The notes below the pieces were generated by a model. The model worked only from the letters and a program-made list of their open reading frames with translations. It ran no database searches and had not been told where the DNA came from. DNA of 60,915 bases, the filler included. It is 6 parts of 6 records of this genome, joined end to end, with 100 filler letters (N's around TTAATTAATTAA, not from the genome) between each part and the next. Parts side by side here need not be neighbours in the genome. Positions count along the whole stretch, not along the records: positions 9,023 to 29,706 come from SRR20825010_1796; positions 29,807 to 49,020 come from SRR20825010_1799; 4 more parts are not named here. One strand, given 5' to 3'. This document shows, piece after piece, positions 20,166-29,807 of the stretch. How positions within the stretch are numbered: position 1 is the first letter of the stretch; every line of letters begins with the position of its first letter. A program made the position numbers and the translations under genes.

Positions 20166-21104
20166 TTATACCTCTTTGAATTGTTGCTTCAGCGTGGTGC
20201 CGGAGTAACGATCAACCCCAGCCTGAATGCGAAAGCCCAACATGATTTTTCCAGTGGTGCAATACACCTGCTCTCGCAGCCATTCAATGACTTCTTTGCC
20301 CTCGGAAAAGCCCACCGCCTCGAATTCCCAAACACGGTCATCCGCATTCCAGCGAAAGCCCTTGGACTTTAGAAAATCTTTCTTCTCGAATGGCGCTTTC
20401 AATGCGGCGATTTGATAAATCGATTCATTGGCACTGTCGAACAAGACCTGAAACGGCATGCGCTGCGAAGTTTTCAAGGGCTGTGCCAACACATGAACCA
20501 GTGCATTGCAATCTTCAACTGCACGGTGTGCACCGTGAAAGTAACCACAATCCGACAACAGATATTCCAGTTTGCGACCTGAATAATTTTCCTGTGTCCA
20601 GGGCAATTCCCGAAACGTGCAGGCCCAGATTGATTTTTCAAGCCAGGGGAAACGGCGAAGCATGAAAGGTTTGTCGAAGGCCGCATTGTGAGCCACAAAC
20701 AGGGCTGCTTCGCCGCACAGGGCTTTGAGCGACACTTCGTCAAACTGCTGGCCTTTCACCATGTCGTTGCTAATACCGTGAATCGCAGAATTTTCAGGGG
20801 TAATGGGTACTTTGGGTTCTTCAAGCCCACCGTAAGTGCCCAGCACCGCGCCAATTTCTCCGGTGTCCTGGTCTACCTCAATCAGCACTGCCCCCACTTC
20901 AATTACTTCGCATGTCGCAAAATCAAGGCCCGTGGTTTCCGTGTCGACCACCAGCACTTTCACCGGGCTGTTCATTTGCCCGCCAAAACTTTCGCGCATT
21001 TGTATACGGCGCAGCACCTTGTAGTTGCCACTGCTTTCAAGCCACTGGGCCACAGTTTCCGGGTCAATATTGCCAATGCTGTTGTTCAATTCGTCGCTAT
21101 TCAA
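20166..21104 (-). CDS. DEDDh 3'-5' exonuclease (DnaQ-like)
   Basis: ExoI VVDTETTG, ExoII AHNAAFD, ExoIII HRAVEDC; C-terminal KDFLKSKGFRW extension. Confidence 0.88.
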   Translation of the reverse strand: MNSDELNNSIGNIDPETVAQWLESSGNYKVLRRIQMRESFGGQMNSPVKVLVVDTETTGLDFATCEVIEVGAVLIEVDQDTGEIGAVLGTYGGLEEPKVPITPENSAIHGISNDMVKGQQFDEVSLKALCGEAALFVAHNAAFDKPFMLRRFPWLEKSIWACTFRELPWTQENYSGRKLEYLLSDCGYFHGAHRAVEDCNALVHVLAQPLKTSQRMPFQVLFDSANESIYQIAALKAPFEKKDFLKSKGFRWNADDRVWEFEAVGFSEGKEVIEWLREQVYCTTGKIMLGFRIQAGVDRYSGTTLKQQFKEV

Positions 21105-21114
21105 AACATGTGTC

Positions 21115-22083
21115 CTATGGTTGGGGGTGTAGCAGGTGGGCCTGTTGTCGGCTTACTTTCACCTGCCATCCTTTTTTCACCTCGCGAATACCACCTTTGT
21201 TAATGCGCAGTTGGCGAGCCAACTCGATCAATTTCAGTTTGCCACAGCGCACGCCCTGCCCCAGCAACCAGTGACGAAGGGTATTCAACTGGGTTGTTTC
21301 GTCCAGTTCTCGCCACTGAATCAGCTGCAAGGCGCCTGCGGCGGAAACCACCTGCGGTGCATTGGCCTCAGTATTTGAATCTTCTTCAGAATAGTGTGCC
21401 TGAAAAAATTCGGCCAGTTGCTGCAAAGCCTTCGGGCTTTGCGGAAAGTGTTCTTCAAGGCTGGGAAGCAACTCATGACGCACCCAGTTGCGGCGCAGCG
21501 TGGTGTCGTTGTTGCTGGGGTCTTCAATGTGCTGCAGGCGATTCAAACGCGCATACTCCAGCAGGCTGGTTTTGCTGCAGCCCAACAGCGGGCGGCACAA
21601 CAAGAAATCGGCATGCAAGTGGCGGTCTACGCCCACAGGGCCAATCTGCCGCATACCACCCACACCGCGCAAACCCGAACCGCGCAACAACTGAAGCAGC
21701 ACTGTTTCCAATTGATCATCCAGGTGGTGGGCACACAGCAAAACGTTGTGTTGATTGGTTTTCATCCAGTTGAAAATGGCACGGTAACGCACCACGCGGG
21801 CTTGGCCTTCAAGGCCCAAATCGCCCGGTTCTACGTCCACCCGCAAGGCAGTAAATGGCACACACCACTGTTCGCACTGGTTTTTGCAGTGCGCTTCCCA
21901 AGCATTGGCTTGCGCCTGAATTTGATGGTTTACATGCACCGCATGCAGGGGCAAGCCCATTGAATGCAATGCATGCAGCAACACGGTGGAATCGACCCCG
22001 CCTGAATAAGCCACCACAAAACAGGCTGGCAGCGGGGCTTGGCGCTTGAAGTCGCTTAGAAAGGCTTCAAGCGACCGTTTCAA
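21115..22083 (-). CDS. tilS: tRNA(Ile)-lysidine synthetase (short form)
   Basis: PP-loop SGGVDS, HVNH, AHHLDDQLET, RPLL and EDPSN...RNWVRH; sits downstream of accA. Confidence 0.92.
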   Translation of the reverse strand: MKRSLEAFLSDFKRQAPLPACFVVAYSGGVDSTVLLHALHSMGLPLHAVHVNHQIQAQANAWEAHCKNQCEQWCVPFTALRVDVEPGDLGLEGQARVVRYRAIFNWMKTNQHNVLLCAHHLDDQLETVLLQLLRGSGLRGVGGMRQIGPVGVDRHLHADFLLCRPLLGCSKTSLLEYARLNRLQHIEDPSNNDTTLRRNWVRHELLPSLEEHFPQSPKALQQLAEFFQAHYSEEDSNTEANAPQVVSAAGALQLIQWRELDETTQLNTLRHWLLGQGVRCGKLKLIELARQLRINKGGIREVKKGWQVKVSRQQAHLLHPQP

Positions 22084-23046
22084 TTACTTGCTCACCTTGA
22101 AGTGACCGTAGCTCATCAGCCTGTCGTGACGGGCATCAAGCAGGGTTTTCGGCTTGTAGGAAACCAGCAGATTCAAAGCGGCTTTGATGGATGTTTTCAA
22201 GTTGTTCGCTGTTTGGGCATGGTCACGGTGTGCGCCACCGAAGCTTTCCTTCACGATTTCCTGAATCAGGCCCAAATCGCGCAAGCGTTTGGCGGTAATG
22301 CCCAAGGCCTCGGCAGCATCCGATGCCCTTTCCGCACTGCGCCACAAAATGGATGCACAACCCTCGGGCGAAATAACCGAATAGGTTGCGTATTCCATCA
22401 TGATCACGTGGTCTGCCACAGCAAGTGCCAAAGCACCTCCTGAACCGCCCTCACCAATAATGGCACTGACAATAGGCACTTGAATTTGAGCCATTTCGAT
22501 CAAGTTTCGGCCAATGGCTTCAGATTGACCACGCTCTTCAGCATCAATGCCGGGGTATGCCCCTGGTGTGTCAACCAGGGTCACAATGGGAATACCGAAT
22601 TTTTCAGCGGTTTTCATCAAACGAAGGGCTTTGCGGTAACCCTCGGGGCGCGGCATGCCGAAATTGCGCAAAGTGCGCTCTTTCACGTCGCGGCCCTTTT
22701 GGTGACCAATCACCATGACGCTTTCACCATCCAGGCGGGCCAAACCACCCACGATAGAAGGATCATCCGCAAAATGGCGATCGCCATGCAGTTCATGAAA
22801 ATCAGTGAACGCGTGGGCAATGTAATCCAGCGTGTAGGGGCGCTGCGGGTGGCGTGCCACTTGCGACACCTGCCAAGGCGTCAGCTTGCCGTACAGTTCT
22901 TTGGTCAGGGTGTCGCTTTTGCCTTCCAGCCGGCGAATTTCCTCTGACAAATCAACAGCCGAGCCGTCTTGCACCAAACGCAGCTCTTCAATTTTGCCTT
23001 TTAACTCGGCAATAGGCGCTTCAAAATCCAGAAATGTTTGCTTCAT
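22084..23046 (-). CDS. accA: Acetyl-CoA carboxylase carboxyltransferase alpha subunit
   Basis: [35 protein letters not shown] and [10 protein letters not shown]. Confidence 0.97.
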   Translation of the reverse strand: MKQTFLDFEAPIAELKGKIEELRLVQDGSAVDLSEEIRRLEGKSDTLTKELYGKLTPWQVSQVARHPQRPYTLDYIAHAFTDFHELHGDRHFADDPSIVGGLARLDGESVMVIGHQKGRDVKERTLRNFGMPRPEGYRKALRLMKTAEKFGIPIVTLVDTPGAYPGIDAEERGQSEAIGRNLIEMAQIQVPIVSAIIGEGGSGGALALAVADHVIMMEYATYSVISPEGCASILWRSAERASDAAEALGITAKRLRDLGLIQEIVKESFGGAHRDHAQTANNLKTSIKAALNLLVSYKPKTLLDARHDRLMSYGHFKVSK

Positions 23047-23055
23047 GAGGTTCTC

Positions 23056-23715
23056 TTAATAGTCCACCACGGCTGGGTCAAGGCTGCGCCACAAATACCA
23101 CGCTGCTACGGTCCGCCAAGGTTTTAATTTTTCCCCGAATTGTAGTGCTTCTTTCGGTCCGATGGGTTCACCTTCGAAAAATTGGCGCGAGATACCGCGC
23201 TGCACGCCAATATCATCCACAGGCCACACATTGGGCCGGCGCAAACAAAACATCAAAAACATTTGGGCTGTCCAGCGGCCCACACCCTTGATTTCACACA
23301 GGTGGCGCGTGCAGGTTTCGTCATCCATACTGTCCAGCAATTTCAAGGTCAACAAGCCATTTTGCTCGAATTCACTCAAAGCGCGTGAATAGGCTATTTT
23401 CTGGCGGGAAAGGCCGGTGGCTTTCAAACTGTCATCACTGAGGGCGAGCAAGGCCTGGCTCGTGATACTGCCACTCAAGGCCTCCACCACACGGGCCCAC
23501 ACCGCATCAGCAGCTTTTACGGAAATTTGCTGCCCGACCAGCGAACGCAACATGGTTTCGAAAGGTGCCCCGCGCGATCGAAGTGCGCGGTCTGAATGCC
23601 GCTGAATCAAATTGACCCACACTGGGCTTTGCAAAGAAAGTGCCTCGCAGGCCTCCTGCCAATAGGCAGGTGCCTCGGGATCCAGATTAAGCCCCTGAGT
23701 CAAGCCCGCCGCCAT
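23056..23715 (-). CDS. alkA: DNA-3-methyladenine glycosylase II family (HhH-GPD)
   Basis: GQQISVKAA, Hh[16 protein letters not shown] and [13 protein letters not shown]. Confidence 0.85.
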   Translation of the reverse strand: MAAGLTQGLNLDPEAPAYWQEACEALSLQSPVWVNLIQRHSDRALRSRGAPFETMLRSLVGQQISVKAADAVWARVVEALSGSITSQALLALSDDSLKATGLSRQKIAYSRALSEFEQNGLLTLKLLDSMDDETCTRHLCEIKGVGRWTAQMFLMFCLRRPNVWPVDDIGVQRGISRQFFEGEPIGPKEALQFGEKLKPWRTVAAWYLWRSLDPAVVDY

Positions 23716-25106
23716 TCGGTGGCACCACCCCGCTTGTCCTCAAGCACAACGCCTTGGTCCAGCAGCTGCTGTCGAATGGCATCTGCCTTGGCAAAATCGC
23801 GATCTGCCTTCGCTTGGCTGCGGGCATCGATCAGGGCCTGAATGGCTGCTTCATCAAGACCGGCTAACTGTTCGCCCACCCCAGCGTGGTGAAAGGCCTT
23901 TGCTGTGCGGCCCAACAAACCCAAGACCTGTGCCAGGGCCTTCAGCCGGGCAGCAAGGCCTGAATCGCCCGTGCGGTTCACCTCATTGGCCATTTCAAAC
24001 AACACTGAGATAGCAATCGGCGTATTCATATCGTCGTTCATGGCCTCGGCAAAGCGGGCTTCAAAATCGTGATTCCAGTCCAGCCGTTCTGCAGCCTGCA
24101 CTTCACCCACAGCGGTGTAAAGACGGTCCAGGGCAGACTTGGCGTCTTGCACATGGGCCTCGGAATAAGTCAACTGGCTGCGGTACTGGGCGCGCAAGAT
24201 GAAAAACCGCACCACCTCGGCATCGTAAACTTTCAAAATGTCGCGAATCGTAAAAAAGTTGTTCAGCGACTTCGACATTTTTTCCGACTGGCCATTGGTT
24301 TCAACCCGCACAAAACCGTTGTGCATCCAGTACTGAGCAAAACTTTCACCGGTGGCACCCACGCTTTGCGCAATTTCGTTCTCGTGGTGCGGGAATTGCA
24401 GGTCGGCACCACCGCCGTGAATGTCAAAGGTGTTGCCCAACAGCTTGCAGCTCATGGCTGAACATTCAATGTGCCAGCCGGGGCGGCCTACACCGAAATC
24501 AGAATCCCATTTGGCGTCGTCGGGTTCTTCGGCTTTGGCACTTTTCCACAGCACAAAGTCCAGCGGGTCGTTTTTACTATCGGAAACGCCTACGCGCTCG
24601 CCTGCACGCAATTCATCCAGGCTTTTGCCTGACAGGCGGCCATACTCGGGAAAGGACCGCACCGCGAAATTCACGTCGCCTGAATCGTCGCGGTAGGCTA
24701 GCCGCTTGTTCATCAGGGTGTGAATCATTTCCTGCATTTCTGCCACATAGTCTGTGGCACGTGGCTCGTGGTCGGGCCGCTCAATGCCCAAGGCATCGGC
24801 ATCTTCGTGCATGGCCGCGATGAAGCGGTCGGTCAACGAACGGATGCTTTCACCGTTCTCAACAGCACGGCGAATAATTTTGTCGTCAATGTCCGTGATG
24901 TTGCGCACATAGGTGACCGGATAACCCGATGCACGCAACCAGCGCTTGAGCAGGTCGAAGACGACCATGACACGGGCGTGCCCAAGATGGCAAAAGTCAT
25001 ACACAGTCATGCCGCACACGTACATGCGTACGTTCTGGGGATCAAGGGGCAAAAAAGCCTGCTTTTTCCTTAGAATTGAATTGTAGATTTGGAGAGACGA
25101 TTTCAT
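23700..25106 (-). CDS. cysS: Cysteine--tRNA ligase
   Basis: [40 protein letters not shown] and KMSKS. Confidence 0.98.
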   Translation of the reverse strand: MKSSLQIYNSILRKKQAFLPLDPQNVRMYVCGMTVYDFCHLGHARVMVVFDLLKRWLRASGYPVTYVRNITDIDDKIIRRAVENGESIRSLTDRFIAAMHEDADALGIERPDHEPRATDYVAEMQEMIHTLMNKRLAYRDDSGDVNFAVRSFPEYGRLSGKSLDELRAGERVGVSDSKNDPLDFVLWKSAKAEEPDDAKWDSDFGVGRPGWHIECSAMSCKLLGNTFDIHGGGADLQFPHHENEIAQSVGATGESFAQYWMHNGFVRVETNGQSEKMSKSLNNFFTIRDILKVYDAEVVRFFILRAQYRSQLTYSEAHVQDAKSALDRLYTAVGEVQAAERLDWNHDFEARFAEAMNDDMNTPIAISVLFEMANEVNRTGDSGLAARLKALAQVLGLLGRTAKAFHHAGVGEQLAGLDEAAIQALIDARSQAKADRDFAKADAIRQQLLDQGVVLEDKRGGATEWRRA

Positions 25107-25236
25107 TGGGCTCAGAAAAAAGCGGATTCAGCCAATCAAAACGGTAGAATCTGATACAGGAATGGTCAGGAACCCTGATTCAGAAGCCAACCCGCTCTGG
25201 GGCTTGTTACAATAGCGCTCGAGTATAACATTACGC

Positions 25237-26424
25237 ATGATCGAGTTTTTCCCAAATAATCAGATGAAACGGGTAACCCCGCAAAGGCGCAATCGAATGC
25301 AGGCAAAAGAAACAATGACGTCGTTTGGCAGTAGCAAATTCACCAAAAGCAAATATGCATTGCTTTGCGCGCTCATCGGGCTTGCATTTGCAGGCGCACC
25401 AAGCCACGCCGACGAAGCAGATGAAGTATCCAAGCTCATTCAAAACAGTCAGTTTGAGCAGGCCCAAGCGCGGGCAGACGCCTTTTTGGCCAACCGCCCC
25501 AACGACGCACAAATGCGGTTTTTGAAAGGCCTGATCCTGACCGAGCGCAATAAAACCGCAGAAGCCATCACTGTTTTCACAAAACTGACAGAAGACTTCC
25601 CGGAATTGCCCGAGCCTTACAACAACCTGGCTGTGCTGTATGCCGGCCGGGGTGAATACGAAAAAGCCCGTGAATCCCTGGAAATGGCGATTCGCACCCA
25701 CCCCAGCTATGCCACTGCCCATGAAAACCTGGGTGACGTATACGCCAAGCTGGCCAGCCAGTCCTATGACAAAGCCTTGCAACTGGATGGCCGCAATTCA
25801 GCCGCACAAACGAAGTTATCGCTGGTTCGCAACCTGATTGGCGGCAAACCCGAAACAGTTGCAGTAGCTGCCGCACCAGCCGCTGCAACACAACCGGCAC
25901 CAGCCAAAAAGCCTGTACCAGCCGAGCCCAAGCCACCCGTGGTAAAAGAAGCCCCCAAAGCTGCACCGCCTGTTGTTGAAAGCCCACCGCCAGTGGCTGT
26001 TGCTCCCCCTGCCCCCGTTGTTGCACCTGCAGCACCAACTATTTCGGCAAGCAAACCCGCAGAGCCCAAGCCCAATTCAATTGGCATGGACAGCGCGGTA
26101 TTGAATGCAGTTGAAGCTTGGGCAAAAGCCTGGACAGATCAAGACATGGCCGGTTACCTGGGCGCTTACAGCAAAGAATTCGAGACCCCGGGCAAGATGA
26201 ACCGGGCCAACTGGGAAAAAATGCGTGAACAACGCATTGTGGGCAAAGAGACCATTCGTGTTGTGGTTGAAAACCCATTGATCACAATTTCCGGCAACGA
26301 AGCTGTTGTCAAGTTCAAGCAAAGCTATTTCTCCAACCGCCTCAACAATGTGTCCAGCAAAACGTTGACCATGAAACAGGAAGGCGGTACTTGGAAAATC
26401 ACAAGCGAGAGGGTGGGCGGTTAA
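25237..26424 (+). CDS. Periplasmic TPR protein with Pro/Ala linker and C-terminal NTF2-like domain
   Basis: Signal peptide (..SHA), TPR repeats (PEPYNNLAVLY, AHENLGDVY), PAPAKKP linker, WAKAW...YLGAYS...WKITSE; the true start may be a later ATG. Confidence 0.8.
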   Translation: MIEFFPNNQMKRVTPQRRNRMQAKETMTSFGSSKFTKSKYALLCALIGLAFAGAPSHADEADEVSKLIQNSQFEQAQARADAFLANRPNDAQMRFLKGLILTERNKTAEAITVFTKLTEDFPELPEPYNNLAVLYAGRGEYEKARESLEMAIRTHPSYATAHENLGDVYAKLASQSYDKALQLDGRNSAAQTKLSLVRNLIGGKPETVAVAAAPAAATQPAPAKKPVPAEPKPPVVKEAPKAAPPVVESPPPVAVAPPAPVVAPAAPTISASKPAEPKPNSIGMDSAVLNAVEAWAKAWTDQDMAGYLGAYSKEFETPGKMNRANWEKMREQRIVGKETIRVVVENPLITISGNEAVVKFKQSYFSNRLNNVSSKTLTMKQEGGTWKITSERVGG

Positions 26425-27720
26425 ATGTTGTCAAGAAACTGGCTCCATGTTGCACTCAGGGGATTGCGCATTGCCGCACCCCTCGTGTTCTGGACATTCA
26501 CGGCGGCCCCGTCTTTCGTGAATCCCGGGCAACAGGAATCATTCGACCTGGCCGCATACAGCAACCAGAAAAGCAGCCCGAATTCATTGGCTGGCAAGCT
26601 GTTTGAACAAGCCACCTATGAGCCCGTGATCGACAAGGCAGTAGAGGAAATTTACATCGCCTTGAGCAACCACGAGCTGAACAAAGCACTTGACCTGACC
26701 AACCGCCTGCTCGCAGAGTTTCCAAACTTCTTCCTGGGGCACATGCTCAAGGGCGATATTTTGTCCTTGAAGGCTGGTCGGCCTTTGAAAGACATCGGCG
26801 ACATGCCCAATGTGCCGGATGCCAAGAAAGAAGAACTTGCTGAACTTCGCGAAGAAGCCGTTGCCCGTTTCAAGGCGGTCAAAGACCGTCCGCAACGTGA
26901 CTTGCTACCCGCAGAACTGGTGCAACTGAACAACAACCAGCGTTATGTTATTTTGGTTGACACCATGCGTTCGCGGCTGTTCCTCTACGAAAACGCATTC
27001 CCACAACCCCGCCTGGTTACCGATTTTTATGTATCGCAAGGCAAGATGGGGGCTGTGAAAGTTCGCGAGGGCGACAAGCGCACACCAATCGGCGTGTACA
27101 CCATCACTGAACTGCTGCCCAAGGAAAAACTGACTGATTTCTACGGCCCAATTGCCCTGCCAATCGATTACCCGAATTCCTGGGACAAACGTTTGGGCAA
27201 AACTGGCTATGGCATCTGGCTTCACGGCATGCCCAAAACCTATGTCAGCCGCCCACCCAAAGCCAGCGATGGCTGCGTGGTATTGGCCAATCAGGATTTA
27301 CTGGCACTGAAAAAATTTGTTGACATTGGTAACACCCAGGTCGTGATCAGCGAACGGCTGGATTTCGTGCCAGTGGATGTATGGAAAAGCTATAGAACGG
27401 CTGCAATCCGCATGGTCGAAACCTGGAAAAACGACCTGGAAAAAGGTTTCGGGAAAGGCATTCACCACTATTCCAGTGACGTGGTAATCGACGGTCAGGG
27501 CCTGGTTGAATGGCAACAAAAAAACCAGATTGCCAGCAAATCGTTTGGCAAAATTACCATCGACGATCTCACCGTGATGCGCTATCCCAGTGACAAAGAC
27601 ATGATGCTTGTCTCCTTCAAGCAGGAAGACAAATTGTCAGGCGAAATCCGCAAACAGCAATACTGGATGAAGGTTGGTACGCGCTGGCAAATTGTTCAAG
27701 AAGACACCCGTAAACTGTAA
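26425..27720 (+). CDS. L,D-transpeptidase (YkuD) family protein with C-terminal NTF2-like domain
   Basis: [16 protein letters not shown] and catalytic GIWLHG...ASDGCV; ATG directly follows the upstream TAA. Confidence 0.88.
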   Translation: MLSRNWLHVALRGLRIAAPLVFWTFTAAPSFVNPGQQESFDLAAYSNQKSSPNSLAGKLFEQATYEPVIDKAVEEIYIALSNHELNKALDLTNRLLAEFPNFFLGHMLKGDILSLKAGRPLKDIGDMPNVPDAKKEELAELREEAVARFKAVKDRPQRDLLPAELVQLNNNQRYVILVDTMRSRLFLYENAFPQPRLVTDFYVSQGKMGAVKVREGDKRTPIGVYTITELLPKEKLTDFYGPIALPIDYPNSWDKRLGKTGYGIWLHGMPKTYVSRPPKASDGCVVLANQDLLALKKFVDIGNTQVVISERLDFVPVDVWKSYRTAAIRMVETWKNDLEKGFGKGIHHYSSDVVIDGQGLVEWQQKNQIASKSFGKITIDDLTVMRYPSDKDMMLVSFKQEDKLSGEIRKQQYWMKVGTRWQIVQEDTRKL

Positions 27721-27730
27721 GGAATTTGTC

Positions 27731-28333
27731 GTGACTCAAAGCAAACGTGTTTTCCTCAAATGGTCGATGTTCTCGGCGATTGCTGTTAGCATCGGTAATT
27801 CCTCAATTTCCTCTGCGTTTGCAAAAACGAAAAAACGAACCATGGTTAAACTTAAAACGAATTTTGGCGATATCACCATCGCCTTGGACGCCGAAAAGGC
27901 CCCCGCAACCGTTGCGAATTTTCTGGAGTACGCAAAAAGCGGCTACTACACCAACACCATTTTTCACCGCGTCATCAGCGGCTTCATGGTTCAAGGCGGC
28001 GGCTTCGAGCCCGGCATGAAACAAAAGCCCACCAAAGACCCCGTGAAAAACGAAGCAGACAACGGACTGAAAAACGAGAAATACACCGTTGCCATGGCAC
28101 GGACCAACGACCCTCATTCGGCCACAGCCCAGTTTTTCATCAACGTTGAAAACAATGAATTCCTGAACTTCAAAAGCCCGACACCACAGGGCTGGGGCTA
28201 CTGCGTGTTCGGTCAGGTTACCGAAGGCAAAGACATCGTTGACAAAATTGTTGGCGTCAAAACCGGCTCCAAAGGTTTTCACCAAGACGTGCCTGTTGAA
28301 GACGTGATCATTCAAGGCGTTGAAGTACTGTAA
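27731..28333 (+). CDS. ppiB: Cyclophilin-type peptidyl-prolyl isomerase (PpiB-like) with N-terminal leader
   Basis: [31 protein letters not shown] and WGYCVFG; GTG 27731 has an AAGGA RBS; the core domain begins at ATG 27842. Confidence 0.9.
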   Translation: MTQSKRVFLKWSMFSAIAVSIGNSSISSAFAKTKKRTMVKLKTNFGDITIALDAEKAPATVANFLEYAKSGYYTNTIFHRVISGFMVQGGGFEPGMKQKPTKDPVKNEADNGLKNEKYTVAMARTNDPHSATAQFFINVENNEFLNFKSPTPQGWGYCVFGQVTEGKDIVDKIVGVKTGSKGFHQDVPVEDVIIQGVEVL

Positions 28334-28361
28334 GTAGTTAAAAAAACCGTCAGGTGCGAAG

Positions 28362-29189
28362 TTGATCGAAATCCCCAAGCAAGGCGCTGCGTTTTTTGCA
28401 TCAGACCTGCATCTGTCGGAAGAAACGCCCAAAACACTGGAAGCCTTCGAAAGCTGGCTTGCCAGTGTTGCTCAAGCCAACACGCTTGTATTCCTGCTGG
28501 GTGATGTATTTGAGGTGTGGTACGGCGACGACTACAGCGACCCAACCACCAAACGCGTGGCGCATGCCATACAAAGCGCGCATGCCGCTGGCGCCAAGAT
28601 TTACTTCATGCACGGCAACCGCGATTTTCTGCTGGGTGAAACCTTTGCAGAAACAGCTGAATTTGAAATTCTTCCAGACCCCGAATTTTTGCTGGTCAAC
28701 CACAAAGTGGTGCTGATTACGCACGGGGATCAACTGTGTACAGACGACAAGGCCTACCAAAAATTTCGCCAGCAAAGCCGAAACGAAAAATGGCAAAGCA
28801 ATTTGCTGGCATTGCCTTTGGACAAGCGAATTGAAATGGCCAAGGCCATTCGCAGCGAAAGCAAAATGCACAAGGCCAACAGCGCCTTGAACATCATGGA
28901 TGCCAACCTTCAAACCGTCGCGGATACACTCAAAGGCAATTGGCCTGACGGATATTACGTGGGTAGAAGCGATGTTATTTTGCACGGCCATACCCACCGC
29001 TGCGCCATTCATGAACAACTGGACACACCCGCACCGAAAATGCCGGAAAGTACACAAGGCACACTGGACAATTGTGTTCGCATTGTGCTTCCCGACTGGG
29101 ATTTCGACCACCCAGAAAAAAACCGCCTCAAAGGCGGCTTTTTGAAACTTGAACCCAGTGGCGACTACACCCTGAACCTGTTCAACTGA
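28362..29189 (+). CDS. lpxH: UDP-2,3-diacylglucosamine hydrolase
   Basis: SDLHL, LLGDVFEVW.GDD, GNRDFL, HGDQLCTDD and HGHTHR; conserved ppiB-lpxH order. Confidence 0.92.
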   Translation: MIEIPKQGAAFFASDLHLSEETPKTLEAFESWLASVAQANTLVFLLGDVFEVWYGDDYSDPTTKRVAHAIQSAHAAGAKIYFMHGNRDFLLGETFAETAEFEILPDPEFLLVNHKVVLITHGDQLCTDDKAYQKFRQQSRNEKWQSNLLALPLDKRIEMAKAIRSESKMHKANSALNIMDANLQTVADTLKGNWPDGYYVGRSDVILHGHTHRCAIHEQLDTPAPKMPESTQGTLDNCVRIVLPDWDFDHPEKNRLKGGFLKLEPSGDYTLNLFN

Positions 29190-29705
29190 TTAATTATCAA
29201 CCAATTTATTCAAGGCTTTCAGTTCTTCGCAATCAGTGGAATCGCCTTGACCCAAAGCCGATTTGTCCTTGTTCAGCAATTTTTCCAGCTGCTCAATGCG
29301 CTGTTGCTGGGCAATCGCCTGGTCTATCAAACCATGCATGGCCTTGATCAGCGGGTCATCCCCATTCTTTGAAACACCGTAGGCAGCAAATTCTTCCTTG
29401 GTTTTTGCGGCACCAGTCAATGGCACCTCGCGCACTGCGCTGTCTTCTTTCAAAATCATGCGTGCCGGGTTGCCCACTGCGGTTGCACCAGCAGGTACAG
29501 ACTTGGTCACCACCGAATTCGATCCAATTTTCGCACCTTCGCCCACCACGAAAGGCCCCAACACTTTGGCACCCGCACCCACCACCACGCCCTTCTCAAG
29601 GGTCGGGTGGCGCTTGCCTTTTTCAAGCGAAGTACCGCCCAGCGTAACGCCTTGGTAAATGGTCACGTCATCATGAATTTCTGCGGTTTCACCAATCACC
29701 ACACC
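29190..29705 (-). CDS. cysE: Serine O-acetyltransferase (5'-truncated)
   Basis: [23 protein letters not shown] and GAGAKVLG hexapeptide repeats. Confidence 0.93.
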   Translation of the reverse strand, partial: GVVIGETAEIHDDVTIYQGVTLGGTSLEKGKRHPTLEKGVVVGAGAKVLGPFVVGEGAKIGSNSVVTKSVPAGATAVGNPARMILKEDSAVREVPLTGAAKTKEEFAAYGVSKNGDDPLIKAMHGLIDQAIAQQQRIEQLEKLLNKDKSALGQGDSTDCEELKALNKLVDN

Positions 29706-29706
29706 C

Positions 29707-29806
29707 NNNNNNNNNNNNNNNNNNNNNNNNNNNNNNNNNNNNNNNNNNNNTTAATTAATTAANNNNNNNNNNNNNNNNNNNNNNNNNNNNNNNNNNNNNN
29801 NNNNNN
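29707..29806. other. Artificial contig spacer
   Basis: Same 100-nt linker. Confidence 0.99.
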
Positions 29807-29807
29807 G

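Noticed and set aside
21115-22083. Short tilS as a pseudogene
   Set aside because: Catalytic motifs are intact, there is no frameshift remnant before the next gene, and short TilS forms are known
25860-26080. Pro/Ala-rich repetitive DNA
   Set aside because: Explained by the flexible linker of the TPR protein
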